From an uncultured Actinomycetes bacterium (GTDB taxonomy: Bacteria > Actinomycetota > UBA4738 > HRBIN12), in NCBI GenBank assembly GCA_963765865.1, contig CAVXYE010000018.1:458476-522475 (forward strand): 64,000 bases of DNA. The letters are read 5' to 3'. Shown here piece by piece: positions 42,488 to 50,975 of this stretch. A program made the position numbers and the translations under genes. Position 1 is the stretch's first letter; each line of letters starts with the position of its first letter. Under the pieces are notes generated by a model, which saw nothing but the letters and a program-made list of their open reading frames with translations, made no database searches and was not told the DNA's origin.

Positions 42488-44062
42488 CTAGAGGTCTTTC
42501 AGGATCTTCCGCACGGCGTTCGTCCCCGGACCGCCCGTGATGCCGCCGCCGGGGTGCGCGCCCGAGCCCGCGAGGTAGAGACCGTCGAACAGGAACCGGT
42601 AACGAGCCTCGCCGAGCAACGGACGCCAGGCGAAGAACTGATCGAGCCCGGGCTCGGCATGCTGGATGTGGCCGCCCGTGAGCGCGTACCGCTCTTCCAT
42701 GTCGACCGGCGTCACGACCTCGAACGCCTCGACGAGCTCCCCGAACCCCGGCGCGAACCGCTCGAGGGTCTTGATCGCGATCTCGCCGACGTGCTCGCGT
42801 TCGCCGGCCCAGGTGCTCTCACGGAGCTGATAGGGGGCGGCCTGGAACAGCACGCTCATCAGGTGCTTGCCCTCGGGAGCGAGCGATGGGTCCGTCAGGG
42901 ACGGGATCGTGGCTTCCAGGACGGGGTCTTCGCTGACGCGACCGTACTTCACGGCATCCATCGCGCGCTCGACGTCGTCGATCGAGGGCCCGATCACGAT
43001 CCGACCGGCGAGGCGCTCGGGATCGCCGCCGTGGAACGCGGGAAGGCCGCTCAGGGCGAAGTTCACGCGTGCCGCCGCTCCGGGCTGACGGATGTTCTCG
43101 CCCCGCCAGTGCATCGTCGGCCCGACGGCGACCGGGTCGAGCAACCGCACGGTCCGCTTGGGATCTGCGGTCGAGACCACGAGGGGGACGTCGACCTCGC
43201 TGCCGTCGGCGAGGGTCACGCCGGCGACGCGTTCCGCCCGCGTGCGGATCGCGACGACGTCGTGCTCCGTCCGTATCTGGACGCCGCGCGCCTTCGCGGC
43301 CGCCTCGAGCGCGTCCGCGAGCGCGTCGGTCCCGCCGCGCGCGAAGAGGGCCGTACCCGCCGCGCCGCCGTCGGTGCCGGCCGAGTCGTTCAGCAGGACC
43401 TGCGCGGTGCCCGTCGCCCATGCGCCCATCGCCGTGTAGAGGACCCCGCGCGTGCAGAGCGGCCCCCTGACCGATTCGAGCTCGAAGACCTCCTGGACCA
43501 GGTCCGCCACGGCCATGGGCAGCGCCCGGACCGCCTCGCGGCCGGTCTTCGCACCCAGGTCGCGGAACGCCTTGCCGAGCTTCAGTCCCATGATCGCGTC
43601 GGCGAGCGACGGAGACTTCGGGTCCGGGGGGAGCGCCACCTGCACGTACGCGAGGAAGCTGGCGATCGCCCGCACCTTCTGGTCGAACCCGACGAACGCA
43701 TCGGCGTCGTGAGGGCTGTGCGGTCGGAGCTCCTCGGCGGTCCTCGCCGCGTCGCCCCAGAAGGTGATGGCGGAGCCGTCGGGCATCGGCGCGTGCATCC
43801 GCACCGCGGGGGCGATCGTCGAGTAGCCGAAGCGTTCGAGACGGAGGTCCTTCACGACGGATGGGCGCAGGCGCCCGACCGTGTGGACCAATCCCGGCGC
43901 ACGGAACCCGGGGGCGGGCTGGCTGCCCCGCAGGATCCCTCCCGCGCGTTCGGCGCGCTCGAGCACGACGACCGCCCGACCCGCCTTGGCGAGCGCCGCG
44001 GCAGCGATCAGCCCGTTGTGGCCGGCGCCGATCACGACGGTGTCGATCGTCTTCGCGGCCAT
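42488..44062 (-). CDS. phytoene-desaturase (CrtI) family NAD(P)/FAD-dependent oxidoreductase, paralog 1
   Basis: GGAGGG RBS. VVIGAGHNGL dinucleotide motif. C-terminal LYLAGSGAHPGGGITGGPG. Confidence 0.8.
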   Translation of the reverse strand: MAAKTIDTVVIGAGHNGLIAAAALAKAGRAVVVLERAERAGGILRGSQPAPGFRAPGLVHTVGRLRPSVVKDLRLERFGYSTIAPAVRMHAPMPDGSAITFWGDAARTAEELRPHSPHDADAFVGFDQKVRAIASFLAYVQVALPPDPKSPSLADAIMGLKLGKAFRDLGAKTGREAVRALPMAVADLVQEVFELESVRGPLCTRGVLYTAMGAWATGTAQVLLNDSAGTDGGAAGTALFARGGTDALADALEAAAKARGVQIRTEHDVVAIRTRAERVAGVTLADGSEVDVPLVVSTADPKRTVRLLDPVAVGPTMHWRGENIRQPGAAARVNFALSGLPAFHGGDPERLAGRIVIGPSIDDVERAMDAVKYGRVSEDPVLEATIPSLTDPSLAPEGKHLMSVLFQAAPYQLRESTWAGEREHVGEIAIKTLERFAPGFGELVEAFEVVTPVDMEERYALTGGHIQHAEPGLDQFFAWRPLLGEARYRFLFDGLYLAGSGAHPGGGITGGPGTNAVRKILKDL

Positions 44063-45663
44063 CAAGCGGCCCTCCGACCCTTGCGCTTCTCCTTCAGGTA
44101 CTCGAGCGCGGAGATCCGTCCCGGCGCTCCCATGATGCCGCCACCGGGGTGCGTCGCCGAACCGCACATCCAGAGATCCCGAACGGGCGTCCGATATCGA
44201 GACCACCCCGGGACCGGGCGATTGAAGAACAGCTGCTCCAAGGAGAGCTCCCCCTGGAAGATGTTGCCCTCGGAGAGGCCCGTGATGTCCTCGATGTCCT
44301 TCGGCGTGATGAACTGATGCCCGACGATGTGGCGGCGGATGTCGGGGAAGCGCTCCTCGATCGTGTCGATCACGTTCTGCCCGAACGCCTCGCGCTTGGC
44401 GTCGTCCCAGATCTCGCCGTCGGCCAGGTGGTACGGGGCGTATTGGACGAAGCAGCTCATGACGTGGTTGCCGGGCGGCGCCATCGAGGGGTCGACGAGG
44501 GTGGGGATGATCATGTCGATGTACGGGCGCGCCGACGGCCGGCCGTACTTCGCGTCGTCGTACGCGTGCTCGATGTAGTCGATGCTCGGCGAGAAGGAGA
44601 TCGCGCCGCGGAGCCACTCACCCTTGCCCGGCTTGCACGCGAGCTCGGGCAGACCGTCGAGGGCGAGGTTCACCTTGCCGGATGAGCCGCGGTACTTGTA
44701 GCGGAGCACCTCGCGCTTGAACGACGGATCCAGCACGGAGTCGTCCAGGAGCTTGATGAACGTCCAGCGCGAGTCGAGCGAGGACATCACCACGCTCGCC
44801 TCGATCTCCTCGCCCGACTCCAGCACGACGCCCGTGGCGCGCCCTCCTTGCGTTCGGATGTGCGCGACGGGGGCTTCCGTGCGGATCTCCGCGCCCGCGG
44901 CCAGCGCGGCCCCGGCGATCGCGTACGCGATCGCGCCGGTGCCGCCCCGCGGGATCCCCCAGGCGCGGAAGGCGCCATCGATCTCTCCCATGTAGTGGTG
45001 CAGCAGCACGTAGGCGGTGCCGGGCGAGCGCGGACCTTGGAACGTTCCGATGATCCCGCTCGCGCTCATCGTGGCCTTCAGCGGCTCCGTCTCGAACCAC
45101 TGATCGAGGAAGTCGGCCGCCGACATCGTCATCAGCTGGATGAACGTGGTCTGGAGTCGTCGGGGAAGGTCGCGGAACTGCTTCGCGAGCGGCGTCAGCG
45201 GCAACCACTCCCCCGGTGAGAGCTTGGCCGGATCGGGCGGCGGGACGGACAGGATCGGCTTGATGAACCGGCCCATCTCGGCCATCAGCGGTCCGTACTC
45301 CTCGTACGCCTCCGCGTCGTTGAGCGACCAGCGTCGCAGCTCGCGGATGGTCTTGCCGTGGTCGTTGACCCGCCACAGGTAGTCGTCGTCGAGCGGGGTG
45401 ATCGTGCCGTCCAGCGGCAGGATCTCCAGGCCGTGTTTGGGGAGCTGGAGCTCGCGGATGATCTCCGGCCGCAGCAACGACACGACGTAGGAGAAGACCG
45501 AGAAGCGGAAACCGGGAACGATCTCCTCGGTGAGCGTGGCACCGCCGAGGATGTGGCGCCGCTCGAGCACCAGGACCTTGAGCCCCGACCTCGCCAAGTA
45601 CGCCGCGTTCACGAGGCCGTTGTGGCCGCCACCGATCACGACCGCGTCGTACCGCTTCGCCAT
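44062..45663 (-). CDS. CrtI-family NAD(P)/FAD-dependent oxidoreductase, paralog 2
   Basis: VVIGGGHNGL, C-terminal LWMCGSATHPGGGIMGAPG. TGATG junction with paralog 1. Confidence 0.8.
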   Translation of the reverse strand: MAKRYDAVVIGGGHNGLVNAAYLARSGLKVLVLERRHILGGATLTEEIVPGFRFSVFSYVVSLLRPEIIRELQLPKHGLEILPLDGTITPLDDDYLWRVNDHGKTIRELRRWSLNDAEAYEEYGPLMAEMGRFIKPILSVPPPDPAKLSPGEWLPLTPLAKQFRDLPRRLQTTFIQLMTMSAADFLDQWFETEPLKATMSASGIIGTFQGPRSPGTAYVLLHHYMGEIDGAFRAWGIPRGGTGAIAYAIAGAALAAGAEIRTEAPVAHIRTQGGRATGVVLESGEEIEASVVMSSLDSRWTFIKLLDDSVLDPSFKREVLRYKYRGSSGKVNLALDGLPELACKPGKGEWLRGAISFSPSIDYIEHAYDDAKYGRPSARPYIDMIIPTLVDPSMAPPGNHVMSCFVQYAPYHLADGEIWDDAKREAFGQNVIDTIEERFPDIRRHIVGHQFITPKDIEDITGLSEGNIFQGELSLEQLFFNRPVPGWSRYRTPVRDLWMCGSATHPGGGIMGAPGRISALEYLKEKRKGRRAA

Positions 45664-45765
45664 CGAACCCCCCACCGGTGACCGGAGGCGAACGGCCACC
45701 GGCGTGGGCGGCGCTCGCGCTTGTGAGCCCATGCTAGCCGTGACCCCCTGGCCACACCAACGAGC

Positions 45766-45784
45766 CCTTGACTGCAAGTCAAGG
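45766..45784. promoter_or_regulatory. perfect palindrome CCTTGACT-gca-AGTCAAGG in the divergent intergenic region (candidate operator)
   Basis: 8-bp arms with a 3-nt spacer, lying between the minus-strand CrtI paralog 2 start (45663) and the plus-strand GcvT-like start (45849). Confidence 0.35.
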
Positions 45785-45848
45785 CGACCGAACGACCCTC
45801 AACGCGGCTGGCGTAGGCTCTCGCGCGGAACGTCCGAGGAGGTCTCAG

Positions 45849-47043
45849 GTGTCGGTCGGAACCGCCTTCTATCCGCGGCAGCGAGAGCTGAACCGCAACG
45901 AGGTCTGGGGTGAATGGGCCGGGTACTTCGCCGCCCAGGTGTACGCCGACTTCCACGACATCGAGTACAGCGCGATCCGTGAGGCCGCCGCGGTGATCGA
46001 CACGAGCCCCCTCTACAAGTACGTCGTCTCGGGCGCCGACGCCGGCAGGCTGTTGGATCGGGTCGTCACGCGAGACATCTCGAAGCTCCAGGTCGACCAG
46101 GTCATCTACACACCCTGGTGCGACGAGGACGGGAAGGTCCTCGACGACGGCACGGTGACCCGGCTGGCGGCGGACGAGTACCGCGTGACCTCCGCGGATC
46201 CGTGCTACCGCTGGTTCCTGTTGAACGCGACCGCGCTGGACGTGGACGATCGCCGACGTCACCGAGGATCTGGGAGCGCTCGCGCTGCAGGGGAAGCTCA
46301 GCAGGGACGTGCTCGAGGCCGCGACCGGCGAGGACTGGACCGATGTGCGCTACTTCCGTCACCGCCGGACCTCGATCGCGGGTGTCGATGTCAGCGTGAC
46401 CCGCACCGGCTACACCGGCGACCGCGGGTACGAGCTGTGGATCCCGGTCGCGGGAGCGCTCACCGTCTGGGACCGCCTGTTCGACGCGGGCGAGGCGTAC
46501 GGGATCTTCCCCGCCGGGATCCGAGCGCTCGATGTGGCCCGGGTGGAAGCCGGACTGATCCTGATCGACGCCGAGTACACGAGCGCTCGCCACGCGATCA
46601 GCCCCGAACAGAACTACTCCCCGTTCGAGATCGGTCTGGGGCGTCTCGTGGAGTTCGGGAAGGAAGCGGAGTTCACCGGGGAACGAGCGCTCAAGGCCGA
46701 GCGCGCGGCGGGTGGTCCGGCGCGGCGCCTCGTCGGGTTGGAGCTGGACTGGGCCGGGATCGAGGCGATGTTCGCGAAACACGGCCTCGCGGCGATGATC
46801 TCGCCGTTCGTCGACCGCGCGCCGGTCCCGGTCTACCGGGAAGGACGGCAGATCGGCCGCGCGACCTCGATCACGTGGGGGACGACGATCAAGAAGATGG
46901 TCGGCTTCGGTTCTCTCGACAAGGAGCACGAGAAGCTCGGCTCACGGGTATCGGTCGAGTACAGCGTGGAGGGCGAACGCGGCAAGGTGGCCGCGACCGT
47001 GGTTCCGCTGCCGTTCCTCGACCTCCCACGCAAGCGGACCTGA
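45849..47043 (+). pseudogene. aminomethyltransferase (GcvT/DmdA-like, folate-binding) family protein; apparent frameshift near 46255
   Basis: GTG with GGAGG RBS. GcvT N-terminal domain then frame change into the 46309..47043 ORF (RTGYTGDRGYELW...). Confidence 0.7.
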
Positions 47044-47111
47044 TGTTCGACACGAGAACGCAACCCGCGCACCGTCGTCCCTCGCGCCGTTTCCTGCCAC
47101 GATAGTCGTTC

Positions 47112-49037
47112 GTGGCCACGCCTCGGTTCCCTCGTTCCCTCATCGCCTTCGCCCTCCTCGGCGGAGCCGTGGCCGCAGTCGTCGTCGCGCTCGGAAGCCT
47201 CGTCACGGGCATCGCCGCAGGGGTTGCCGTGTGGCTCGTTGGGCTGTTGCTGATCCGGTGGGCCGCCGGGCGCGGCTACCTCGGCGATGATCATGATCCG
47301 TCGCGCCGCCGGTTCCTGGTCTGGACCGGGCTCGGCGGGCTCGCGTGGGTCGCCGGCGGCGCTGCGTTGGGGCGCGCCGCAGCCACGCTGACCCGTCCCG
47401 ATGCGGGAGCGATCCAGGAGGCGGCCGCGCGGGATCTGGGCGCCGAATACATGGAGCTCGTGCGGCGGGCCTACCACCCGGGGCGCTCCGGGGACGTCCA
47501 GCTGCTGATCTCGCCCTTCAACAGCGCGAATTACGCGTCGGAGTCGCTCTCGCTCGTTCCGCAGGATCCCCGGACGAGCCACGCCGCGGTCTGGATGTAC
47601 CTGGAGCGCATCCCGCTCGTCGTCTACGGGCCCGGCATCGTGCAGCGGTCCGACTCGGCCGAGCGCGTCTCGCTGGCCGATCTCGCGCCGACGACCGCCC
47701 GCCTCATCGGGTTCGACGGGTGGCCGGACGATCGCGACGGCAGGGTGCTTCCCGGTCTCGCAACGAACGGACGTCCACCGAAGATCGTCGTCACGTACGT
47801 CTTCGACGGCGGCGGATGGAACGTCCTGCGGCATTGGCCCAACGATTGGCCGAACCTGAAGAAGCTGATGGGCCAGGGCGCCAACTACCGCAACGCGCTG
47901 ACGGGCTCGTTCCCCGCGATCACGGCCTGTGCGCACGCGACGATCGGCACGGGAACGTTCCCCAGCACGCATGGGATCACCGGTCACAACATCCGGGCCG
48001 ATGCCGGCGGCTCCCGCAAGGCCTACGGGGAACCGGGCGCCGCCGATCCATCGGACATCCTCCAGCCCACGCTCGCCGACCTGTACTCGGACGCGACCGG
48101 GAACCGAGCCTGGGTCGGGCAGGTCGGCTATCAGATCTGGCACATGGGCATGATCGGCTTCGGCGGTCCCAACCGGGGTGCGGACCAGAAGCCCGTCGGC
48201 GTGTACTGGGACGAGACGCCGGGGAGCTGGGCCCCGCACAACCCGCAGCTCTTCCGGCTCCCCGCGGCGACCCCCGGACTCGATGTTTTCGAAACCCATC
48301 AGACGGACTTCGCTGCGAAGGAGGCGACCCTCACCGAACCCGGATGGGACCGGCAGTTCGACCCGAAGGGTGGACAGTCGCCCTGCTGCAGCCCTCCGGT
48401 CGTGGAGTACCAGCACGACCTGCTCGTCGCGACGCTCGACTCCGAGCCGATCGGGGTCGGCGGTCCGTCGCTCCTCTACACCACGTACAAGTCCCCGGAC
48501 TACACCGGCCACATCTACAACATGTACTCCGAGTGGGAAGGGCTGATGCTGCGAACGGTCGACGAGCAGCTCGGGCGGTTGGTGGAGGACCTCGAGGCCC
48601 GGTATCCCGGCGAGTACGTCCTGATCGTCACCGCGGACCACGGCCAATGCCCATTGCCCGACGCGGTGAACGGCGTCCGCCTCGACCCGATCCAGCTGAC
48701 GCGCTCGATCGAAGAAGCGTTCGGCGCCGGCCCCGTCTCGGTCGTGCAGAACGTGTGGCCGAGCGAGGTCTACATGAACGTCCCGGGGCTGCGTGACGCC
48801 GGCGCATCGCTCGACGACGTGGCGGCGCACCTGAGGCATCTCACGTATCGGCAGAACCTCGGACCGTACGTTCCACGCAGCGCGATCGAACAGGATCTGC
48901 TGGACGATCCCGAATTCTCCGCCGTCTTCGCATCCACGTGGCTCGATGGTCTCGGAGACGTGTCCCGCTTCGGGAACACGATCTACACGGGTCAGGATGT
49001 CGATCCCGGCATCCCGCCCTCGTCGCTCACCCTCTGA
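47112..49037 (+). CDS. alkaline-phosphatase superfamily (type I phosphodiesterase/nucleotide pyrophosphatase-like) protein with N-terminal TM segments and a twin-arginine motif
   Basis: 641 aa in one frame. SRRRFLVWTGLGG Tat-like motif. AlkP-core metal-ligand region (TADHGQ). Confidence 0.65.
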   Translation: MATPRFPRSLIAFALLGGAVAAVVVALGSLVTGIAAGVAVWLVGLLLIRWAAGRGYLGDDHDPSRRRFLVWTGLGGLAWVAGGAALGRAAATLTRPDAGAIQEAAARDLGAEYMELVRRAYHPGRSGDVQLLISPFNSANYASESLSLVPQDPRTSHAAVWMYLERIPLVVYGPGIVQRSDSAERVSLADLAPTTARLIGFDGWPDDRDGRVLPGLATNGRPPKIVVTYVFDGGGWNVLRHWPNDWPNLKKLMGQGANYRNALTGSFPAITACAHATIGTGTFPSTHGITGHNIRADAGGSRKAYGEPGAADPSDILQPTLADLYSDATGNRAWVGQVGYQIWHMGMIGFGGPNRGADQKPVGVYWDETPGSWAPHNPQLFRLPAATPGLDVFETHQTDFAAKEATLTEPGWDRQFDPKGGQSPCCSPPVVEYQHDLLVATLDSEPIGVGGPSLLYTTYKSPDYTGHIYNMYSEWEGLMLRTVDEQLGRLVEDLEARYPGEYVLIVTADHGQCPLPDAVNGVRLDPIQLTRSIEEAFGAGPVSVVQNVWPSEVYMNVPGLRDAGASLDDVAAHLRHLTYRQNLGPYVPRSAIEQDLLDDPEFSAVFASTWLDGLGDVSRFGNTIYTGQDVDPGIPPSSLTL

Positions 49038-49125
49038 CATCGGGTCATCGGCGACGTTGACCCGCTCCACGTGGGTCGCGTACCGTGCCGCGCGTCCGTC
49101 CCTGGGTCCATCGGACCCCGATCGC

Positions 49126-50730
49126 ATGAGCGAGAGCCGCTACGACGCCATCGTGGTCGGCGGTGGCCACAACGGCCTGACCGCCTCGTTCTACCTGGCT
49201 CGGGCGGGGATGAAGACCCTCGTGCTGGAACGGCGCGAGCTCCTCGGGGGCGCCTGCGTCACCGAGGAGATCGCGCCGGGTTGCCGGGCGTCGACCGCGT
49301 CCTACATCGCCTCGATGCTGCGGCCCGAGGTGATCCGGGACCTCGATCTGGAGCGGCACGGCTTGCGGATGGTCCCCTGCGAGCCGGGGCTCCAGGCGGC
49401 GTTCGAGGACGGCACGGTGTTGCCGTGGTGGACGGACCACGAGCGGACCGTCGCGGAATGGGCACTCGTGAACGCCGCCGACGCGCGCACGTTCGACCGC
49501 ATCGACCGTCGGCTGAAGGAGCTGGCTCGCTACCTCCAGCCCTTCTTCCTCGAAGCGCCACCGGACGTTCATGCGCGCGGATGGGCGAGGATCAAGGAGG
49601 GGCGGCGGGTCTACGGACGCGTCAAGAAGATCCGGGGGGACGAGATCACCGACCTGGTCGAGTTCCTGACGGGTTCGCTCGGTGACTTCCTGGATCGTCA
49701 TTTCGAATCCGAGACGATCAAGCGGATGTTCCTCGCGAACAACGTGTACGGGATGCACGCCCCTCCCTACCGGCCCGGCACGGCGATCGGGCTCCTGTTC
49801 CACCTCCTCACGGGCGGAGACGACGATGTCCAGGGCTGGTTCGGCCACGTGATCGGGGGCATGGGCTCGATCACCCAAGCGATGGCGGCGGCGGCGCGGG
49901 AGGCGGGCGCGGAGCTCCGGGTCGAGGCGCCGGTCGCGAGGATCATCACGGCGGGTGACCGCGCGCGTGGCGTCGTCCTGGACGACGGGACCGAGCTGAC
50001 CGCAGAGACCGTCGTGTCCAACGCCGATCCCAAACGAACCTTCTTGACCCTCATGGAGCCGACGGATCTGCCCGACGGGTTCCGAGGCTCGGTCGAGGCG
50101 ATCAAGATGGACGGGCCGTGCGCGAAGGTGAACATGGTCCTCACCGAAGCGCCGCGTTGGAACGGGATGCCCGCCGACGCCGACCTCAACCGCCGGTCGT
50201 TCGCGACGCTCGTGCCGACGCTCGAAGCTGCGGAGCGCATGTACGACATCGCGAAATGGGGCGACATCCCCGAGGAGCTCTGGGTGGATTGCGTGGTCGC
50301 GTCGAACGTGGACCCGACGCTCGCCCCCGCGGGGAAGCACATCATGACGTGCTTCGTGCAGTACGTCCCGTACCGGTTGCGCGCCGGAACCTGGGACGAC
50401 CATCGCGAGCTCCTCGGGAAGCGCGTGATCGACATCGTCGGCCGGTACGCGCCGAACGTTCCCGGATCGATCGAAGCGATCCAGGTGCTGACGCCACTGG
50501 ACCTCGAACGCACCTTCGGCCTCACCGAGGGCAACATCTTCCACGGTGACCTCAACATCCAGCAGCTCTTCTTCATGCGGCCGGTCCCCGGCTGGTCGGA
50601 CTACCGGACCCCGGTCGAGGGGCTCTACCTCTGCGGGGCCGGGGTCCATCCCGGTGGCGGCGTGACCGGAGCTCCCGGCTACAACGCGGCGCACCAGATC
50701 CTTCGCGACCGGAAGCGGGCGCGCCGATGA
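49126..50730 (+). CDS. CrtI-family NAD(P)/FAD-dependent oxidoreductase, paralog 3
   Basis: IVVGGGHNGL, C-terminal LYLCGAGVHPGGGVTGAPG. ATGA overlap into soxD. Confidence 0.8.
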   Translation: MSESRYDAIVVGGGHNGLTASFYLARAGMKTLVLERRELLGGACVTEEIAPGCRASTASYIASMLRPEVIRDLDLERHGLRMVPCEPGLQAAFEDGTVLPWWTDHERTVAEWALVNAADARTFDRIDRRLKELARYLQPFFLEAPPDVHARGWARIKEGRRVYGRVKKIRGDEITDLVEFLTGSLGDFLDRHFESETIKRMFLANNVYGMHAPPYRPGTAIGLLFHLLTGGDDDVQGWFGHVIGGMGSITQAMAAAAREAGAELRVEAPVARIITAGDRARGVVLDDGTELTAETVVSNADPKRTFLTLMEPTDLPDGFRGSVEAIKMDGPCAKVNMVLTEAPRWNGMPADADLNRRSFATLVPTLEAAERMYDIAKWGDIPEELWVDCVVASNVDPTLAPAGKHIMTCFVQYVPYRLRAGTWDDHRELLGKRVIDIVGRYAPNVPGSIEAIQVLTPLDLERTFGLTEGNIFHGDLNIQQLFFMRPVPGWSDYRTPVEGLYLCGAGVHPGGGVTGAPGYNAAHQILRDRKRARR

Positions 50731-50975
50731 GCCTGATGGTCCCCTGCCCACGGTGCGGTCCCCGTCCCCAGGAGGAGTTCACGTTCGGCGGAGAGCTCCG
50801 CGCGCTCCCCGCGGAGGATGTCGATGACTTCGCGCGGGTCTACCTCCGTCGGAACGCGCCCGGACCGCAGCCGGAGCGGTGGTTCCACGCCTTCGGGTGC
50901 CGGCGGTGGGTGAGCCTCACCCGCGACACCGTGACGAACCGGATCGATCCGGACGTGATCCCGTCCGGTGGGTGA
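50727..50975 (+). CDS. soxD: sarcosine oxidase delta subunit
   Basis: 82 aa MSLMVPCPRCGPRPQEEFTFGGE, the SoxD zinc-ribbon-like N-terminus. Confidence 0.7.
   Translation: MSLMVPCPRCGPRPQEEFTFGGELRALPAEDVDDFARVYLRRNAPGPQPERWFHAFGCRRWVSLTRDTVTNRIDPDVIPSGG

Noticed and set aside
42488-45663. Carotenoid (crtI) biosynthesis cluster.
   Set aside because: No phytoene synthase, GGPP synthase or cyclase is present. The context is amine-oxidising flavoproteins, so a carotenoid role is not supported.
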